A DNA stretch of 64,000 bases from an uncultured delta proteobacterium (lineage in GTDB: Bacteria; Desulfobacterota; Binatia; Binatales; Binataceae), in NCBI GenBank assembly GCA_963724765.1, contig CAVRVY010000003.1, positions 736,001 through 800,000 on the forward strand, in the 5' to 3' direction. Below are positions 63,377 through 64,000 of this stretch, piece after piece (position 1 is the first letter of the stretch; each line of letters opens with the position of its first letter). A model generated the notes under the pieces. That model was given only the letters and a program-made list of their open reading frames with translations, was not told the DNA's origin and made no database searches. The position numbers and the translations under genes are program-made.

Positions 63377-64000
63377 CTACATTTTCATTCCCTTCATCGA
63401 ACCGAAGAAGAGATAGAAATTCGACGGAACGTCTTCGAGCGCGCCGCCGTCTTTCTGAGCTTTTCTGAGCTTTACCACGCTGGTGATCCCGCTTTGGCCG
63501 TCGGCCGTCGGAAAATCAGCGGGATCGGTGACCAGCACGGTGATGACTTGCCACCACTGCGGCGCTTTCTGGAAGAGATCCTGCCAGATCACGTGGCTAT
63601 GATTCGGCGTCGGCACGAAAATGTTCTGCTTAGGCGTGGCCGGAACTTTTCCCAGCGCAACGAGGGCCGGGAATAGATCAAGCGTGGAAGCGTGCATCGT
63701 GCAGGTACCCGGCGGCGAGCCCGGATCCGGACACTGGACGGGCACAGACGGAGTCTGCTTGAAACCCTCGGGCACGATACCAAAGAGGCTAATTAAGGTG
63801 TCGCCGAGCGCCTTGCCGCAGAGCAGGCCCGGCCGCGCGTTGGCTGGACACGCGATGGCGTCGGTGTCGGTGGTATCGGTTCCAAAGAACGGCACCAGGA
63901 CCCAAAGCTTATCGGTAGTTTGAACTGAGGCGCCGGTCGGATCGTGTTTCGGCTCTGTACCGACCTGGCATATCGGGGTTTGGAATTCCGCCGGATCCGA
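63377..64000 (-). CDS. Hypothetical Pro/Cys-rich protein, 5' end outside the window
   Basis: Frame open to base 64000; CTMH, PTPNHSHVI, WWQV, VPSNFYLFF. Confidence 0.7.
   Translation of the reverse strand, partial: SDPAEFQTPICQVGTEPKHDPTGASVQTTDKLWVLVPFFGTDTTDTDAIACPANARPGLLCGKALGDTLISLFGIVPEGFKQTPSVPVQCPDPGSPPGTCTMHASTLDLFPALVALGKVPATPKQNIFVPTPNHSHVIWQDLFQKAPQWWQVITVLVTDPADFPTADGQSGITSVVKLRKAQKDGGALEDVPSNFYLFFGSMKGMKM

Noticed and set aside
63452-63471. 10-bp tandem repeat TTTCTGAGCT x2 as a frameshift
   Set aside because: The minus-strand frame stays open and protein-like through and beyond it

Overview
High-GC bacterial chromosomal window, mostly housekeeping. The gene content (rpsP-khpA-rimM-trmD plus a stand-alone SPOUT methyltransferase, many CaiB-family CoA-transferases, a Xis/BldC-like HTH, Cys-rich secreted proteins) suggests a Binatota/Deltaproteobacteria-like organism; this is inference only. 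Core loci: OppD/OppF-type ATPases, ffh-rpsP-khpA-rimM-trmD and a displaced rplS, ileS-lspA, aroC-aroK-aroB, priA, def-fmt-rsmB-rpe-tRNA-Pro(CGG)-plsY-glnB, glyQS-ppdK. Accessory loci: an ECF sigma/zinc anti-sigma pair, two CoA-transferase pairs, a Rieske oxygenase alpha/beta pair, an MMPL/RND protein, a TonB-dependent receptor, a ~1340-aa CEMIP/TMEM2-like G8 protein and a triple-Rid/hot-dog dehydratase cluster. The best candidate for an undescribed system is a His-rich upstream ORF ending in an RAPP-like motif (ARPPP), followed by a structured leader and a TonB-dependent receptor: a possible metal-sensing ribosome-stalling attenuator. Other notable items are an array of four GC hairpins after glnB, a 24-bp palindrome inside fmt, an in-frame internally deleted amidohydrolase, a dehydratase gene with no canonical start codon, an IleRS with an altered active site, and many short tandem duplications. 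No integrase, transposase, CRISPR array or rRNA was seen. All protein assignments come from motif recognition by eye, not from database searches.
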